Source of the DNA: Octopus vulgaris
Taxonomy: Eukaryota
Length of the DNA stretch: 64,000 bases
Assembly (NCBI GenBank): GCA_951406725.2
Contig: OX597817.1
Location: forward strand, 142,476,001 to 142,540,000
Reading direction: 5' to 3'
A program made the translations under genes and the position numbers. The notes under the pieces are model-generated. The model had not been told where the DNA came from, searched no databases, and saw only the letters and a program-made list of their open reading frames with translations. Shown here piece after piece: positions 39,186 to 53,855 of the stretch (within the stretch, counting starts at the first letter, position 1; each line of letters begins with the position of its first letter).

Positions 39186-40068
39186 TATACATTAATATAT
39201 ATAATGAAAACAAAAAATGGACATATCGCCGTTACAGCGGTTACACTACAGACTGCTCCAATCTGGCTGGCCCCAAGAAAATCTAAGCTAAGAGCATTAG
39301 ACTCTTTGGAAGAAAGCAATCGAATGTATACGAAAACAAGGACGGAAAAAAAACCGGAGAAATGGTACACAATTACAGATGCAAACAACAGGACATTAAC
39401 AACAGGTGTTTTTCGACTAAGGACGAATTGAATTAACCTGGAGTGTGCTGAAAAGTGAAGCCTTACAGCAGGGACATAGAAGATGAAAGTCATGGGAAGC
39501 TATGTAAGAGATGCTACACGGATGGTAGTCGAACCAAGAAAGAAAGTTCAGGCTTGGCGGAACACTGATCACGTGTAAGGAGAAGAGAGAGGTAGGGAGC
39601 AGAGGGATTGAAGAATTTAGGAGGGATGAGAAAGAGAGAAAAAGAAAGGAAAGGGGCAGTGTGGTAAATGAGGAGGGAAAGTTATGAGAATGAAGGGAAG
39701 GCCAAGAAATATGGTGGAGCGAGAAAAAGAAAAGTGGAAAGAAGGAAGACGCGTGAAGGCTAAGAGAAAGAGTAAATCTGTCGTACATAATTTAGATATA
39801 TTTATATATGCTTACATACTATATATATACGTGCTTGTCCATCTTTGCGATTTTGCTACCAGGTCCAGCAGTATATTTCTTATCGCTAACACTTCTTCAA
39901 CTGGATTATCTTGCGCTGAATAGAATGTTGGATTTTAAGATTCTGGACAAGTCCGAACACTAATCTGAAGTTTATCTAATTCTATCACTTATATGAGCGT
40001 TTTCCCACCCATTCAATTTACATATACACAAAAATGACAGCCAGGCTGAGAGACAGACATACACAGAC

Positions 40069-40139
<71 letters not shown>

Positions 40140-40140
40140 T

Positions 40141-41272
40141 GTTCCTTTATTAGCCACACAGGGCTGCACACAGACGGGACAAATTACAAGGTAGAGCTTT
40201 TCTTTTGGGGATAAAAAAAGGGGGGTTGGTTTTCGACCAAAAGAGATCGTAAAAGGAAAGAAGGAGGAAAGCAAAAGAAAAAAAGGGGGGGGAAATAAAA
40301 ATAAAAGGAAAAAGAAAAAAATCGATCAATCGTTATCACAGAAATGTCAATATAAAGTGTAAAGGGGAAGACAGGTGAGGTTTACCCGTGGAAAGAAAAG
40401 CCTACGGGAAAGACCACGGTAACCTCGGTCAATGAAGTCACATGTTAAATTTTTATTTTTTACAAATAAGTAACTCTCTGTATTAAATTTTTACCGTTCA
40501 TAGGATCATACTCATTCATACGTGCCTTCCTTGCTACATTCACCCATCTTTTTTTAAGACATTCACTAGACAAAACTTGCCTCTATACTCTCACCTTCCT
40601 TTTCAAGTGATACTTGAAGAAGTTGATGAGAGATTGACCAGAGAGGAAAGTGTTTGTCTCTAATCCTTTCAGGCGTGTCCACCAGATACATTCTTTCGCC
40701 ATAGCCACAAGTATGGTAAAAATAGTTCTTCTTTCCCGTTTGAAGGAAGGAGGCGTGACGATATTAACGATAGACTCGGCTGATAAACCGACACGTCCGA
40801 CACGTGACAGCAGCCGTTCGACATAAGCCCACAGGTTGGAGATTGTTGGACACTGCACGATTGCGTGCAGAACGGTTTCGTGGCTCTGACCGCATTTCGG
40901 GCAGGTCGGCCTCGTGTTTCTCGAGCCATGCCTATAGAGCTTATCCCGAACGGGTAGCGCTTCTCGGTAGCACTGCCAGGCCAGGGATCTCTGGAAGTTG
41001 TCCATAGATTCCGGCCCGAAAGTCGTCTCAAAAAGGCGGGTCAGGTATTCCTCGTCGACGCTCAGATTCGCCCCAAGATCGTCGTCGTACCTCCCCTCCA
41101 CTGATACCCTATAGAATGCTTTGGTTGTGTTGAAGTCATTCAAGGTCGACCCGGGACGGCATAGTTGCTTGAGAGCAACGCGACATTCGCGGTGCCATTC
41201 ACCTTTCCTCTGCCTCTTTTTGATCCACGACTGCAGTTCGGTCATGGAGACGAGCTGCGGGAAGGCGTGCCT
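40141..41272 (-). mobile_element. 5'-truncated Tx1/L1-type LINE within a (GATA)n tract
   Basis: ORF2 C-terminus with a CCHC zinc knuckle, then a 3' UTR ending taataaaggaac and (TATC)n. (GATA)n on both flanks (40070-40139, 41273-41355). Confidence 0.85.
40503..41272 (-). pseudogene. LINE ORF2 C-terminal fragment (zf-RVT/CCHC region)
   Basis: SLAWQCYREALPVRDKL...CPKCGQSHETVLHAIVQCP...LW...MAKECIW is typical of L1/Tx1 ORF2. The stop at 40583 looks premature, because the related copy reads RVERKVLS at this position. Confidence 0.8.
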
Positions 41273-41672
<400 letters not shown>

Positions 41673-41995
41673 TTTTTGCCCTTTCTACTAGATATGATTC
41701 TCTAAGTAAGTTTTTGAATATTGTTCTGTAGAATCGTGACTAAAATATCTGCAATTCTTTGATTTTTTCCCATGCAAAATGGTTGCACTCTAACCGCGAG
41801 GCTACACACTCTCTAGATGGCAGCACTTTACCTACTTCTAACCAGCATGGAGTTATATTTCTATCTCCTGATACTGCAATGTTGACGATGTTTGTAAGAA
41901 TTTAGTAATGCCTTCAAATACAAATACATATAAATATGCGTGTGTGTGCGCGGCGCACATGTGTTTATGTATATATCCCTATGTACATCATATGC

Positions 41996-42055
<60 letters not shown>

Positions 42056-42089
42056 CTATACAGAAATACACATATATTTTATCACCATA

Positions 42090-42150
<61 letters not shown>

Positions 42151-42161
42151 TATATATATAC

Positions 42162-42241
<80 letters not shown>

Positions 42242-42369
42242 ATATATATGTATGTATACATACATGCAGATACATGTATACATATATACAAATATATATA
42301 TATATATATATATATACATGCATATATATATAAATATATATATATAGGCACGCACACACATGCACACAC

Positions 42370-42404
<35 letters not shown>

Positions 42405-42962
42405 GTGGGTAAAAAAGGCACTTTATATTCTCTGGATGCCGTTAGCTTTTCATTAAGTAGCTTTATTCTTATGGATTACTTTTGACTATCTCTTGTTGAG
42501 ATAAGAGATACAATACAATGCAGCATTCCGCTTCTTCAATTTTCTGGGTTTTCAAGTATGGTTGGCGTTTAAATTCTTGAAGTATCTTATCACGCTTCTC
42601 TACATTTTCATAGCATATGATTTGAAGTGGGCATTTTCCCCCAGTACATATAGCTTTGCCAAGAATCAAAATTTCTATTTCATTCTGTTTTGTTTTCGTT
42701 TATTAAGCTTATTAATCTATACTTGTAATCTACTTTCGTTTAGAAATATGCATTCCTAAGATTTTCCTGTATATATGATATTAGTTATTTAGATTGAGTA
42801 GTCGGATAAATTTGGTCGTTTTTTAGTTTTTCCTACTTGGTATTCCATCGTAATATGTCTGGGAAGGAGTAAAATTTATTCAAATTTCAGAAACGATAAA
42901 TAAACAAATATTGTAGAACAATAGTGCAAAAAAATAAAAAAGCACTGCGTTAAAAATATTTA

Positions 42963-43121
42963 GGGCACAGGCGTGGCTGTGTGGTAAGAAGCTTGCTTCC
43001 GAACCACATGATTTCGAGTTCAGTCTCACTGCGTGCCAACTTAGGTGAGTGTCTTCTACTATATCTTCGTGCTGACCTAAGCCTTGTGAGTGGATCTGGT
43101 AGACGGAAACTGAAACAAGTA

Positions 43122-43179
<58 letters not shown>

Positions 43180-43408
43180 TGTATATATGTTATTGTGTGT
43201 ATGTGTGTGTGTGTGAGTATTTGTCCCCTACCACCTCTTGACTACTGGTGTTAAGGTGTCCAGGTCCCAGTTACCTAGCGGTTCTGCTAAGAAACTGATA
43301 GAATAATTATCAGGCTAAAAAAAAAATTAAACATAAAGGGAAGTACTGCAGTCGATTCGTTAGACCAAAATTCTTTAACGCAGTGCCCCAGCATGGCGCA
43401 ATCTAACG
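42963..43408 (+). mobile_element. SINE family A, diverged full length with internal (TG)n
   Basis: Head ggcacaggcgtggctgtgtggtaag to tail gactgaaacaagtaaaa. Confidence 0.8.
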
Positions 43409-44002
43409 ACTGAAACAAGTAAAACTGTAAAAAAGTGTTAATTCCAATAACATAGGAAAAAAATTAGAAGAAAATCGAAAAACCTGAACGAACTTATCTA
43501 GCCAAATATTTATAACATTCTTCTTTATATGCCTAGATAGATGAAAAAAAAAACAAACTTATATCGACATTAGATTATCGTATCACCACCATCTTTATCG
43601 TATCTAGTGATCCTATGTTTACAACGATTTCTTTTTTTAATATCTCGAATGCTGTATAGTGATGACATCACATGACGAAATTGCATGACTGGAGTGTCAC
43701 TCGTTCAAACTCCACAGGAGTGAGTGATAACTGAATTATTTACTGTTTAAAACAACCAACTTTTATATTAAGACTATTTTATGGCCTCCATCTCGAATAA
43801 AGAGCTTATTATCCTATTTTCTAATCGCTAGCTTCAGCTCAGTGGCATGGCTATATTATTTAGGACAACTAATGAGATATCGCAAAGCTATGAAAACACA
43901 GGAGCTTTGTTGCAACATCTATTTGTGATTTGTTTCAGTGATTACACTCCAGCCATGCTGGGGCACCGCTAGAGAAAATTTTTGTTGAATAAATTGACCC
44001 CA

Positions 44003-44088
<86 letters not shown>

Positions 44089-44156
44089 ATTTTTACCTTG
44101 TTAACAATTAACACGGAATATATATATATATATAAGCCTAGTACTTATTCCGTCGT

Positions 44157-44418
44157 GGAGGCACATGACCTAGTGGTTAGAGCAGCGGACTCGCGGCCGA
44201 GGAATCGTGTGTTCGAAACTCAGACAGGGCGATGTATATGTTTATGAGCGAAACACCTAAGCTCCACGCGGCTCTGGCAGAAGGTATTGGCGAACTTCTG
44301 CTGACTCTTTCGCCACATCTTTCTTTCACTCTTTCCTTCTGCATCTTGCAAGAACCTATATGCCAAGGAAACCGGGATGCTAGCCCTTATGAGCCAGGCA
44401 TGGCTCGAGAAGGTACAA
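44157..44418 (+). mobile_element. SINE family C (tRNA head), tail type a
   Basis: Head ggaggcacatgacctagtggttagagcagcggactcgcgg...gttcgaaactc; tail ...ccaaggaaaccggg...gagccaggcatggctcgagaagg. Confidence 0.75.
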
Positions 44419-44527
44419 AGTTATTCCTTCGGTCTTTTGGCCGAACGGTTAAGATACGCAGACATCAATACATCAACGTCGGTTGTCAAGTGCTGTATAT
44501 ATATATATATATGTATGTATTATAGGA

Positions 44528-44810
44528 GGAGCACTCCGTCAGTTACGACGGCGAGGGTCTCAGCTGATACGAACAACGGAACAGCTTGCTCGTGAACCAT
44601 TGAAGTTGTTCTCAAGGAGGTTCAGCGTGACGCAGAGTGTGAAAAGACTGGCCTTTTGAAATAAAAGTACTACTCTTTTTTGTCAGCTGAGTGAAGTGCA
44701 GCAATGTGAAAAATAAAGTGATTTGCCCAAGGACACAACATTTCCCCAGGAATTGAACTCAGAACATTACGATCGTAAGCAGTATGCCCTAACAACTAAG
44801 CTACGCGCCT
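44528..44810 (-). mobile_element. SINE family D
   Basis: Same modules as 26325-26640. Confidence 0.7.
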
Positions 44811-44823
44811 TCATTACATATTA

Positions 44824-45310
<487 letters not shown>

Positions 45311-46143
45311 GTATATACACACACACATACGCGCAAGCACGACGGGGTTTCTGTCAGTTTCAGTCCACAATTCAGAAGGATTTAATCGGCCCGAAGCTAT
45401 AGTAAAAGACACTTGCCCAAGATGCCACGCAATGAGACTGAACCCGGAACCATGTTGTTGCAAAGTTAGCTTCTTACCACACAACCACGCCTAGTATTTA
45501 TTTAATCGACCCTGGGGGGGGGCTGAAATAAAACACAACGGTGGGAATATTTGAATTCAGAGTATGAAGACACTTAACCGAATACATGGCATTTTGTTCG
45601 ACGCTCCAGCGATTCTACGATTCAACCAATCCGCCGTCTTTTGTTAATGTTCTATTAATCAATTAATTTTTTTTCCTCAATGTCTTCGTACTCAATCAGA
45701 TTTTTCGAAATTTATTTATCTTTGTTGTTTTCAAGTTAAGCTATTGTAGTAATGTTGTTCTCGTGTCGCTCTTATTAATGGAACACAAGTTTCATGAAGA
45801 TTTCTCCATTATACATTCTCTCTTCAAGTACATTAACATTGTCGACACTTTTTTTTTATAAAATTTAATATAGATTCCAATGTATTCTACTGTCTTATAT
45901 GTCAAATATCGATTGTCTTACATAATCTCGTTCCTACACATCTATAAAAATGTTAAAAAAAAATTTCTTCAACACTATTCATGTCTGTTCCATTATATCA
46001 GTCCAAACTTAAAGTCATTAAATTCACAGGAGTAGGCCTACCTTTGCGGGTGAGAAGGACACTTCACAAACACATGCCATCAGTTTCGATATGAACACAC
46101 AGAAATTTTGCAGAGTTCTGTTTCCCCAACATACATACATACA

Positions 46144-46320
46144 TATGAGGAGTTGCTGAAAACATCCTGGGTTTGGGTAAAAGAAAATACAGAGGGATCA
46201 GTTAATTATGATTTTAGCCAACACATTCCCCTCTCAGATATTCACACACATATTGCAGAGACTCTACAGTTTTTCTAAACTCTTCTTAAAAACTTGGAAG
46301 TTTGCTCCTGGTCTTCCGCA
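46144..46320 (-). mobile_element. Mariner 3' end remnant
   Basis: TIR-like tatgaggagttgctgaaaacatcctgg. The minus strand gives a degenerate ..LEKL*SLCNMCVN.RGECV, like mariner C-termini (KL..RW.KCV...G.YVE). Confidence 0.55.
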
Positions 46321-46358
46321 ACATCCTTAAAGCTAGTAACTTTTTAGTACACCCCACC

Positions 46359-46399
<41 letters not shown>

Positions 46400-46508
46400 T
46401 TCGTTTTCCAGGTTTTTGTTTTTTTATGTTCACGTTTTTCATGTTGTTCACGATTTTTTGACGACCTCTACCCATATATGCATGTGTATATACATGTATA
46501 TATATATG

Positions 46509-46539
<31 letters not shown>

Positions 46540-46686
46540 TCTACACATACACATACACACTTTTCTACTCATTTTTCAAAGAAATTTTAGCTTCTTTACA
46601 ACAAATCTCTGTTGTTTTTGTTGTTTATTCTCAGTTCAATTCTAATCGCGCAGACTTATAACCAAATGAATGACAGTTGTAGTCAT

Positions 46687-46738
46687 AGGATTCTTGGCTT
46701 TCAACCAGGCGACCTGCATTCGTTTCCCGGCAGGGGAA
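46687..46738 (+). pseudogene. Degenerate tRNA-Glu(TTC)-like fragment
   Basis: Anticodon arm cttgg-ctTTCaa-ccagg, a damaged T arm and a gggaa end. The 5' acceptor and D arm are not recognisable. Confidence 0.5.
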
Positions 46739-47989
46739 AACAATTATCTTAGTTATAGACGTTGTTGTATGGTTAAGAAGCTTGCTTTTCAATCACGTGC
46801 TTTTGGGTTCAGTCTCATTTCACGATACATGGAGCAGGTGTCTTCTATTATAGCCTCATGCAAAGCAATTTCTTGGATTCAGTTTGGTGCGCTTATTGTA
46901 CATATGTGTATATAAGTGTATACATGAATGCATCCGTGTGTAGGAGGTGCGTGTATGTTTGTGTGTGTCTGTGTGCGAGTGAGTCTCACTGCATGTGTTT
47001 ATACCCTTCGACTTGACAACCGATGCTGGTTTATTTACATCTCCGCAACTTCGCGGTCCACCAAAAAGTGATTGATAGAATAAATACCGGACAAAAAGGA
47101 AAGCAAACTAAAAAAGGAAAATCATAAGTACAAGTGTCGTTTGTTCGGCTAAATCTTTCCAAAGTCATTATCCAGCATGGCCGCAGTCTAAGGATTGTGA
47201 CAGCTCAATAAGAAAAGATGAAGATTTTAGACGCCATTCGTCCAAGTGCATCCTGCACCGCAGTTTTTTTTTCTTCTTTTGTTTTCGATTTTACTCTCAA
47301 GATTGACAAATCTCTGAGAACTTTTAACAGATCAAAGATCAAGATGATCACTAAGAGGTTGCGTCAGTTCTCAATTTCTTAACGATTTGAGAAGTAAAGT
47401 CATCCATTTTCGTTCTCTTGGAAATAAATTTAAAAAATTAAAAACCACAACCATAGTAAACACTCATGTCTCTGAATCAGAAAATAAAATCGAAAAACTG
47501 AAAAATATCAGCGGATTATTCACGTGAAGTCTACGCCTTTATATTAACCCTATTTAATCCCAGAGATTACAATCGGTTGAACCTATTAACCTTACGAATA
47601 TCTGATACCAAAACAAGGCACGAAGAGACTAAATTCAAAATATTATCATATCAATATTTTCCTTCTATCGTTTCATTGTTAATATAACAAACCAGTAATT
47701 GGTTTTAGATTATTATTTCATCTTAACGTAATGTTGTTATTGCTGTTGTTGTTGTTGGTGGTGGTGGTGGTGTCGTCATCGTTGTTGTTGTTTTTGTTTT
47801 TGGTGACGACGATGATGATGATGATGATGGTAGTGGTAATATTGTCATTCTTGTTTGATATTCTCTACGTTCACCGAAATCGTTTTGTCCTCTTCGCAAT
47901 GTTTAATTTACAGCTTCAATCATGAGATACATCAGAAAGAAAATAATTTTACACAATCAGAGTGCAACAAGAATAATAATATCTGAAAT

Positions 47990-48031
47990 GACAGCAGTAG
48001 CAGCAGCAGCAGTAGCAACAGTAAAAGCGCC

Positions 48032-48073
<42 letters not shown>

Positions 48074-48188
48074 GGTGGTGGTGGTGGTTGCGGTGGTAGT
48101 AGTAGTGGTGGTGGTGGTGTTGATGGTAGTAGTAGTGGCGGTGGTGGTGGTGGTGGTGGTGGTGGTGGTGGTAGTAGTAGTGGTGGTG

Positions 48189-48224
<36 letters not shown>

Positions 48225-48228
48225 GGAG

Positions 48229-48284
<56 letters not shown>

Positions 48285-48412
48285 TTAGTAGTAGTGGTGG
48301 TGGTGGTGGTGGTGGTGATGGTGGTGGTGGTGGTGACGGTGGTGGCGGTGGCGGTGGTGGTGATGGTGGTGGTGCTGGTGATGGTGGTGGTGATGGTGGT
48401 AGTAGTAGTAGT
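47990..48412. repeat. (GTA)n/(GTG)n microsatellite
   Basis: Direct reading. It explains the poly-V, poly-T and poly-H ORFs. Confidence 0.95.
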
Positions 48413-48739
48413 GAGAGAGCGAAGTGAGAGGGGAGTGAGCCAAATTATCACAATAGAAATATATATGAAAGCAGTCAGAAAAAATATATGAAAGCATAAA
48501 GCGCAGGAGAAAAAAAAAAACGTATCACATGACAACTGCAATAATACAGATTTGACCGAATTTATGTGTCGGATGAGGTCGCTGATGTAGTTTATTCATC
48601 TTGTGTCAAATAGAATTGACGCGTTGCTGTTGATGTTTAGCCTTTGGTCAAACGTCTTTGAGCCAACTAATGATCGAAAGCAATCTTGTCGTGCCCATCC
48701 TGTCCTTTTAAGTATATGTAAAACTACCTTTATTTAAGA

Positions 48740-49131
48740 TTAGCAGTATCGCCCGACGTTGCTCGGTTTTCTTTTCTTTTCGACCCTTTAGAATTGGAAT
48801 TTTTGAAAAGTAAAAATTCGGCATTATATAGCTTGTTATTCTCTTTAACATTTTTCTGGTTGAAATACACCGAAAAATGGCGACACTGCAGTCAAAAAAT
48901 CGTAACAAATAAGGATTTTCATAGGAAAAAAGCGCTTTTTTGATGTAAATAATTTTTGGTGTTAACATAGTCCGATTTGAATTGTTTCTTCTACGGAAGG
49001 AAGAGCAAGCCTTCTATTATACTCTCAATTTTGGTGTTAACTTGCGCCGCAGGGTCTCGGAGGAGATAGTGTTAGTTGAAAGCTACCAAACCTGCCATAC
49101 ACAGACAACTTCAGCTTTATATATAGAGAGA
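48740..49131 (-). mobile_element. Non-autonomous Helitron
   Basis: Minus strand: A|TCtctctatatataaagctgaagttg ... ccgagcaacgtcggg hairpin, then cgatactg CTAA|T. Both termini match the element at 57644-57942. Confidence 0.75.
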
Positions 49132-49869
49132 TGACGGAATTTTTAATTTGAAGAAGCTTTAGCTGTTATCTATTGCAAGTTGCATAACCCCACAGAAGCT
49201 TACCGAGCTCACGAGATGACTTGTATTGTTTGTCACTTTCCAGCTGAAAAATGAATTTGAGATATAAGCCCGTGTTAAGAGATTTCCATAATTTTCCGAG
49301 AGTGACATTCGACTGTAAATAAAATACAGTCTTTATTAACTTTCGTCAGGTAAGTGGGGTTTTCATAGACATTAGAAACGGAGAGATCTAGATGTACAAT
49401 CATACATGGGTTCAATTTAAATGTAATATTTTAGATTGTTTCCTTGTTCAAAGTCTTGTAAACAATAAGTTTTTGCCATGTAATCAGAAAATATGAATGT
49501 TTCAGAACTGGAAAAACTGTTATCGTGTTTCTCAGTTGTAATATCTAAGCCTTATTGTAGAATTTAGATATCTATATTTGCCCTTCTTGATTTCCGAATA
49601 TTTTTGTTGTAAAGCGATTTACTGCCGAATGTGGCCACTTTTATAGATTCTTTCTTATTCTTTAACATGATTAACGAAAAATAAAAGCGGTAATAGAGAA
49701 GTGACCTTTTAAAATCTCACTTATTACTGCCGAGTGTTAGAATGCGGCACATGTTTATATCAATCAATGAGATAAATGATCAAGTTATGACGGATACTTT
49801 TGAGTTGTCATGCGATCTAAAGATGAAAAGCTCTAAAGCTGACCCTAAATAAAAGTATTGTTCTGAGCC

Positions 49870-50010
49870 CCTTTGGTCATAATTACCATGGGATTGCACC
49901 TAGAAAGTTACCCTCCGAGGCACAAGTCTGGGCAAGGTTGTTTATGGAAGACCAGCAGTCGCCTATGCATACCAGCCTCCCCTCTCCACGCCACCAATGT
50001 TATCCCAGAG
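49870..50010 (-). mobile_element. Probable RTE-clade LINE 5' UTR fragment
   Basis: tggcgtggagaggggaggctggtatgcataggcgactgctggtcttccataaacaaccttgcccag resembles the 5' regions of RTE elements. This is recalled similarity, not a search result. Confidence 0.45.
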
Positions 50011-50021
50011 ATAACACGTAA

Positions 50022-50360
50022 ATGGTTACGACGGTGAAGGTCCCAGTTGATCCGATCAACAGGACAGCTTGCTCACGAAATTAACGTGCAAGTGTCTGAG
50101 CACTCCACAGACACAAGTACCCTCAACGTAGTTCTCGGAGAGATCCAGCGTGACACAGAGTGTGACAAGGCTGGCCCTTTGAAATATAGGTACAACAGAA
50201 ACAGGAAGAAAGAGTGAGAGGAAGCAGGGTTCATTACCACCCTCTGCCGGAGCCTCGTGGAGATTTAGGTTGTTTTCGCTCAATAAACACTCACAATGCC
50301 CGATCTGGGAATCGAAACCGCGAGTCTGCTGCCCTAACCACTGGATCAGTGCACCTCCAC
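50022..50360 (-). mobile_element. SINE family C, tail type c
   Basis: Family C head with the aagggccagccttgtcacac...gatcggatcaactgg tail. Confidence 0.8.
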
Positions 50361-51492
50361 AAATAACAGTATACCGTGAGTGTATATAATCATATTATCT
50401 AACTACGACTTCAGTTGTTGAAATTGTTTCCTGATTCAGAATATATAATTTTGAGGGCATTTTGTCGCCTTTGAATTTCTCTGCTTTAGAATGTCCAATG
50501 TGGTCTAGCTCGTTATAATTAGGATGAACATAAAAACAAGAGCAAACGTTTGCGTGGAAGTTTAAATCAATTGAATCGATCGCAGTACTTTGAAGTACGA
50601 CTCCTCTGACAGAAGAAAATGTAAAGTCTATCCCAGTGAGATTTGAACTTACGGTGAAACATTTCAAACAAAGTAGCGCAAAGCAGTTTTTTTCTGACGG
50701 GGCAAAAAATCTTCCGTCCACTATCGATCGTTCCCTTGGGTTATAACGATAACCGCAATTTATTTTCATCTCCAGTAAACTTTATTTCACTGAATCAGTG
50801 TACGGCATCTGTAAATTTTTTAAGGTTCTTTTAGAAAAGCCGAAGTGATATTATTTTCATTATCTTTTGTCAAAATATTAGCTACATTTCTCAAATTATT
50901 ATGCAAAATAATGTACATCAACAATACACCAAATACACAGCGAATGCAAGGTCGTACAGTACTTGTATAAATTCATCATTCACAGTGGTTTAATTCCATA
51001 CATACACCGGTAAATCTACGCGGGAATATGTACGTCTATTCAGTGTTAACGAAGGCATCCATGGAGTAGCGTCCCCACACACAGCGTGCAGACTTTTGAA
51101 GAATATTAGTACAAAATATTCCACTAGTTCAAATTCAATAAATGTTTGCTGCTTTATTCATTGGAAGATAGATTTATAATAGAAAAGTATTGCTTTTGTT
51201 TTCTGCTTTTCTTTTTTGTTTTTGTATTTGTATGTAAACATTTGGAGGAAACAATTGCTAAAAGACAAACAAATATTGGTAAATAGACAGAAGAATGGAA
51301 ATATTTTAGTATGAAAAAAAATAATTCAGAACATGTGGTATGCACTAACTGCTACATAACATTTCATTTATATTAATATAAATGTAAGTTGATGTATAGG
51401 AAGGGGATCATATGTAAGTATATAGGTATATGTGTGTATGAATGTATGTATAAAGATATTTTGCTCACTCTTGTTCTTAGTTCTCTTACTAC

Positions 51493-51858
51493 GGGCCTCC
51501 GTCGGTTGCGACGACGAGGGTTCTAGTTGATCCGATCAACGGAACAGCCTGCTCGTGAAATTAATGTGCAAGTGGCTGAGCACTCCACAGACACGTGTAG
51601 CGTTAACGTAGCTCTCGGGGAGATTCAGCGTGATACAGAGTGTGACAAGGCTGGCCCCTTTGAAATACAGGTACAATAGAAACAAGAAGAGTGAGAGAAA
51701 GGGTACAGCAGGGTTCGCACACCTCCCCAGCCGGTGCTTCGGGGAGCTTTTAAGTGTTTTCGCTCAATAAACACTCACAACGCCCGGTCTGGGGAACGAA
51801 ACTGCGATCCTATGACTGCGAGTCCACTGCCCTAACCACTGGGCCATTGCGCCTCCAC
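51493..51858 (-). mobile_element. SINE family C, tail type c
   Basis: Colinear with 50022-50360. Confidence 0.82.
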
Positions 51859-52062
51859 AGTTCTCTTACTACTACAACTACGAATACTAATACTGCTTCT
51901 ACTCTTCTAGTACCACCACCACCACCACCACCACTTCTACCACTTCTACCACTACTGCTGCTGCTGCTGATGATGATGTTGCTTCTACTGCCTCGACGAT
52001 GACGTTTGCTACAACTGTGTCTGTATGTGTCCGTGTGTGTGTGTTTGGATGTGCCTCTGTAT

Positions 52063-52105
<43 letters not shown>

Positions 52106-52454
52106 GTCAAATAAAGTACGTTACGATAGCACTCCGATTCTAGATGCTCTGGGTTCAATTTCCACGAAATGCACCCTGTGATTTATGGTCATCAATAAGC
52201 TTCCTATCGGAGCTGAGGAGTCCTCTGTCTCCTAACAGCTTTCTCGGCCTGAATGTTCTCCTGTTAAAGATTGATGAAAAGCAGACGTACTTACGTTAAC
52301 ACCGAATGGACGTATGTACCCCTCCGAACCATGTTGTAGACAATTAATAGTGATGAAAACATTTTAATGTGTATTCTTAGGCGGTGACCTGACAAAGTAT
52401 TCAAAGACGTATACATACATATATTCATACATAAATACATACACACATATATAT

Positions 52455-52665
52455 ATTTCTTTACTACCCACAAGGAGCTAAACATAGAGGGGACAAACAA
52501 GGACAGACAAAGGGATTAAGTCGATTACATCAAGCCCTGTGCGAAACTGGTACTTTATTTATCGACCCCGAAAGGATGAAAAGCAAAGTCGACCTCGGCG
52601 GAATTTGAACTCAGAACGCAGCGGCGGACGAAATACCGCTAAGCATTTCGCCCGGCGCGCTAAAA
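52455..52665 (-). mobile_element. SINE family B
   Basis: Central domain and first tail type. Confidence 0.85.
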
Positions 52666-52749
52666 TTTCTACACATACATATACACATACATACATGTGT
52701 GTGTATGTGTGTGTGTTTGCGTATGTGAGTGTGTATGTTGTGCATATGT

Positions 52750-52950
52750 GTTTACTCTTTTACCTGTTTTAGTCATTTGACTGCGGTCATGCTGGTGCAC
52801 CGCCTTTAGCCGAGCAAATCGACCCCAGAACTTATACTTTGTAAGCCTAGTACTTATTCTATCGGTCTCTTTTGCCGAACCGCTAAGTTACAGGGACATA
52901 AACTCACCAACATCGGTTGTCAAGCAATGTTGGCGGGGACAAACACACAC
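52750..52950 (-). mobile_element. SINE family A, 3' half
   Basis: Family tail and central segment. Confidence 0.85.
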
Positions 52951-53787
52951 ACACAGAGGAAAATGCTGCTTAGCGTTTTGTACGACGTGGGTACTATTCA
53001 GCCAGCTCATTGCTATATGCGTAACATTGGTGAGATTCAATTTATTCGTCTGTGACACAATACAAACAGCTATATACACATACCGCTAACAGGACGGACA
53101 TATTCATATCTACGTGGGTCTCATGTGTATGTGGAGAGTGGATGATGTGCTCTCGCCTTGTACAATAAAATTTGCAGGTTACCGCATGTGATGGAAAATA
53201 TTCTATGAAGGAATATCTCTTTAACGCAGACATTTGAAATAAATGTGGTGGAACTGGGGAAAGAGGAATGTTCATTTGGGCCTTTGGAGAAAATGTTTTA
53301 TGGGCAAATACGGTGCGCTAGGACATGTAGTATTTCTTGAAGTGTGATCTCTCGTGTTTGGTAGAAATGCTGGACATCGAAAGGTAGTTATAACAGTGCC
53401 CTTGCGTGCGCTGAAATGATGCTCCACGCGTTGACCCGAAGTAAGTTGGAGAACGCAACAAAGATACTGGTGGAAACGCTTACACCGTCGACGGCCCAAC
53501 TCATATACGTAAGAAAACGCAGCAAAATTTGCGTGGGCCGTTTGTATATAATGTTGTTGGACTGGAAACCGAAGATCCGTGTGATGTGGTTGCGAGATAA
53601 GTACGTTTGTGCCAAGTCAAAGCATTTGTGCTTACATTTAGCAAATTATATTATGTGCTTGCAGTAAACCATACAGACGCCTCCACATTGCACTCTTGTC
53701 ATATTAAACAGTCTAACGGATATATCAACAACTCAACAATGCTTTCAAGCACATACATATATATGTACATACACACACTCATGTATG

Positions 53788-53855
<68 letters not shown>

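Noticed and set aside
39185-39730. Possible old Penelope 3' region (TA-flanked end, purine-rich tract)
   Set aside because: The architecture is suggestive, but no ORF motif or intact ribozyme could be read.
42400-42760. Possible decayed GIY-YIG C-terminus plus hammerhead on the minus strand
   Set aside because: Similarity is too weak, and the core nucleotides are not intact (cttaatga...gcatccagag).
53000-53700. Possible degenerate Gypsy protease/RT region
   Set aside because: Only vague resemblance. No DTG/DSG or YxDD motif in any frame.
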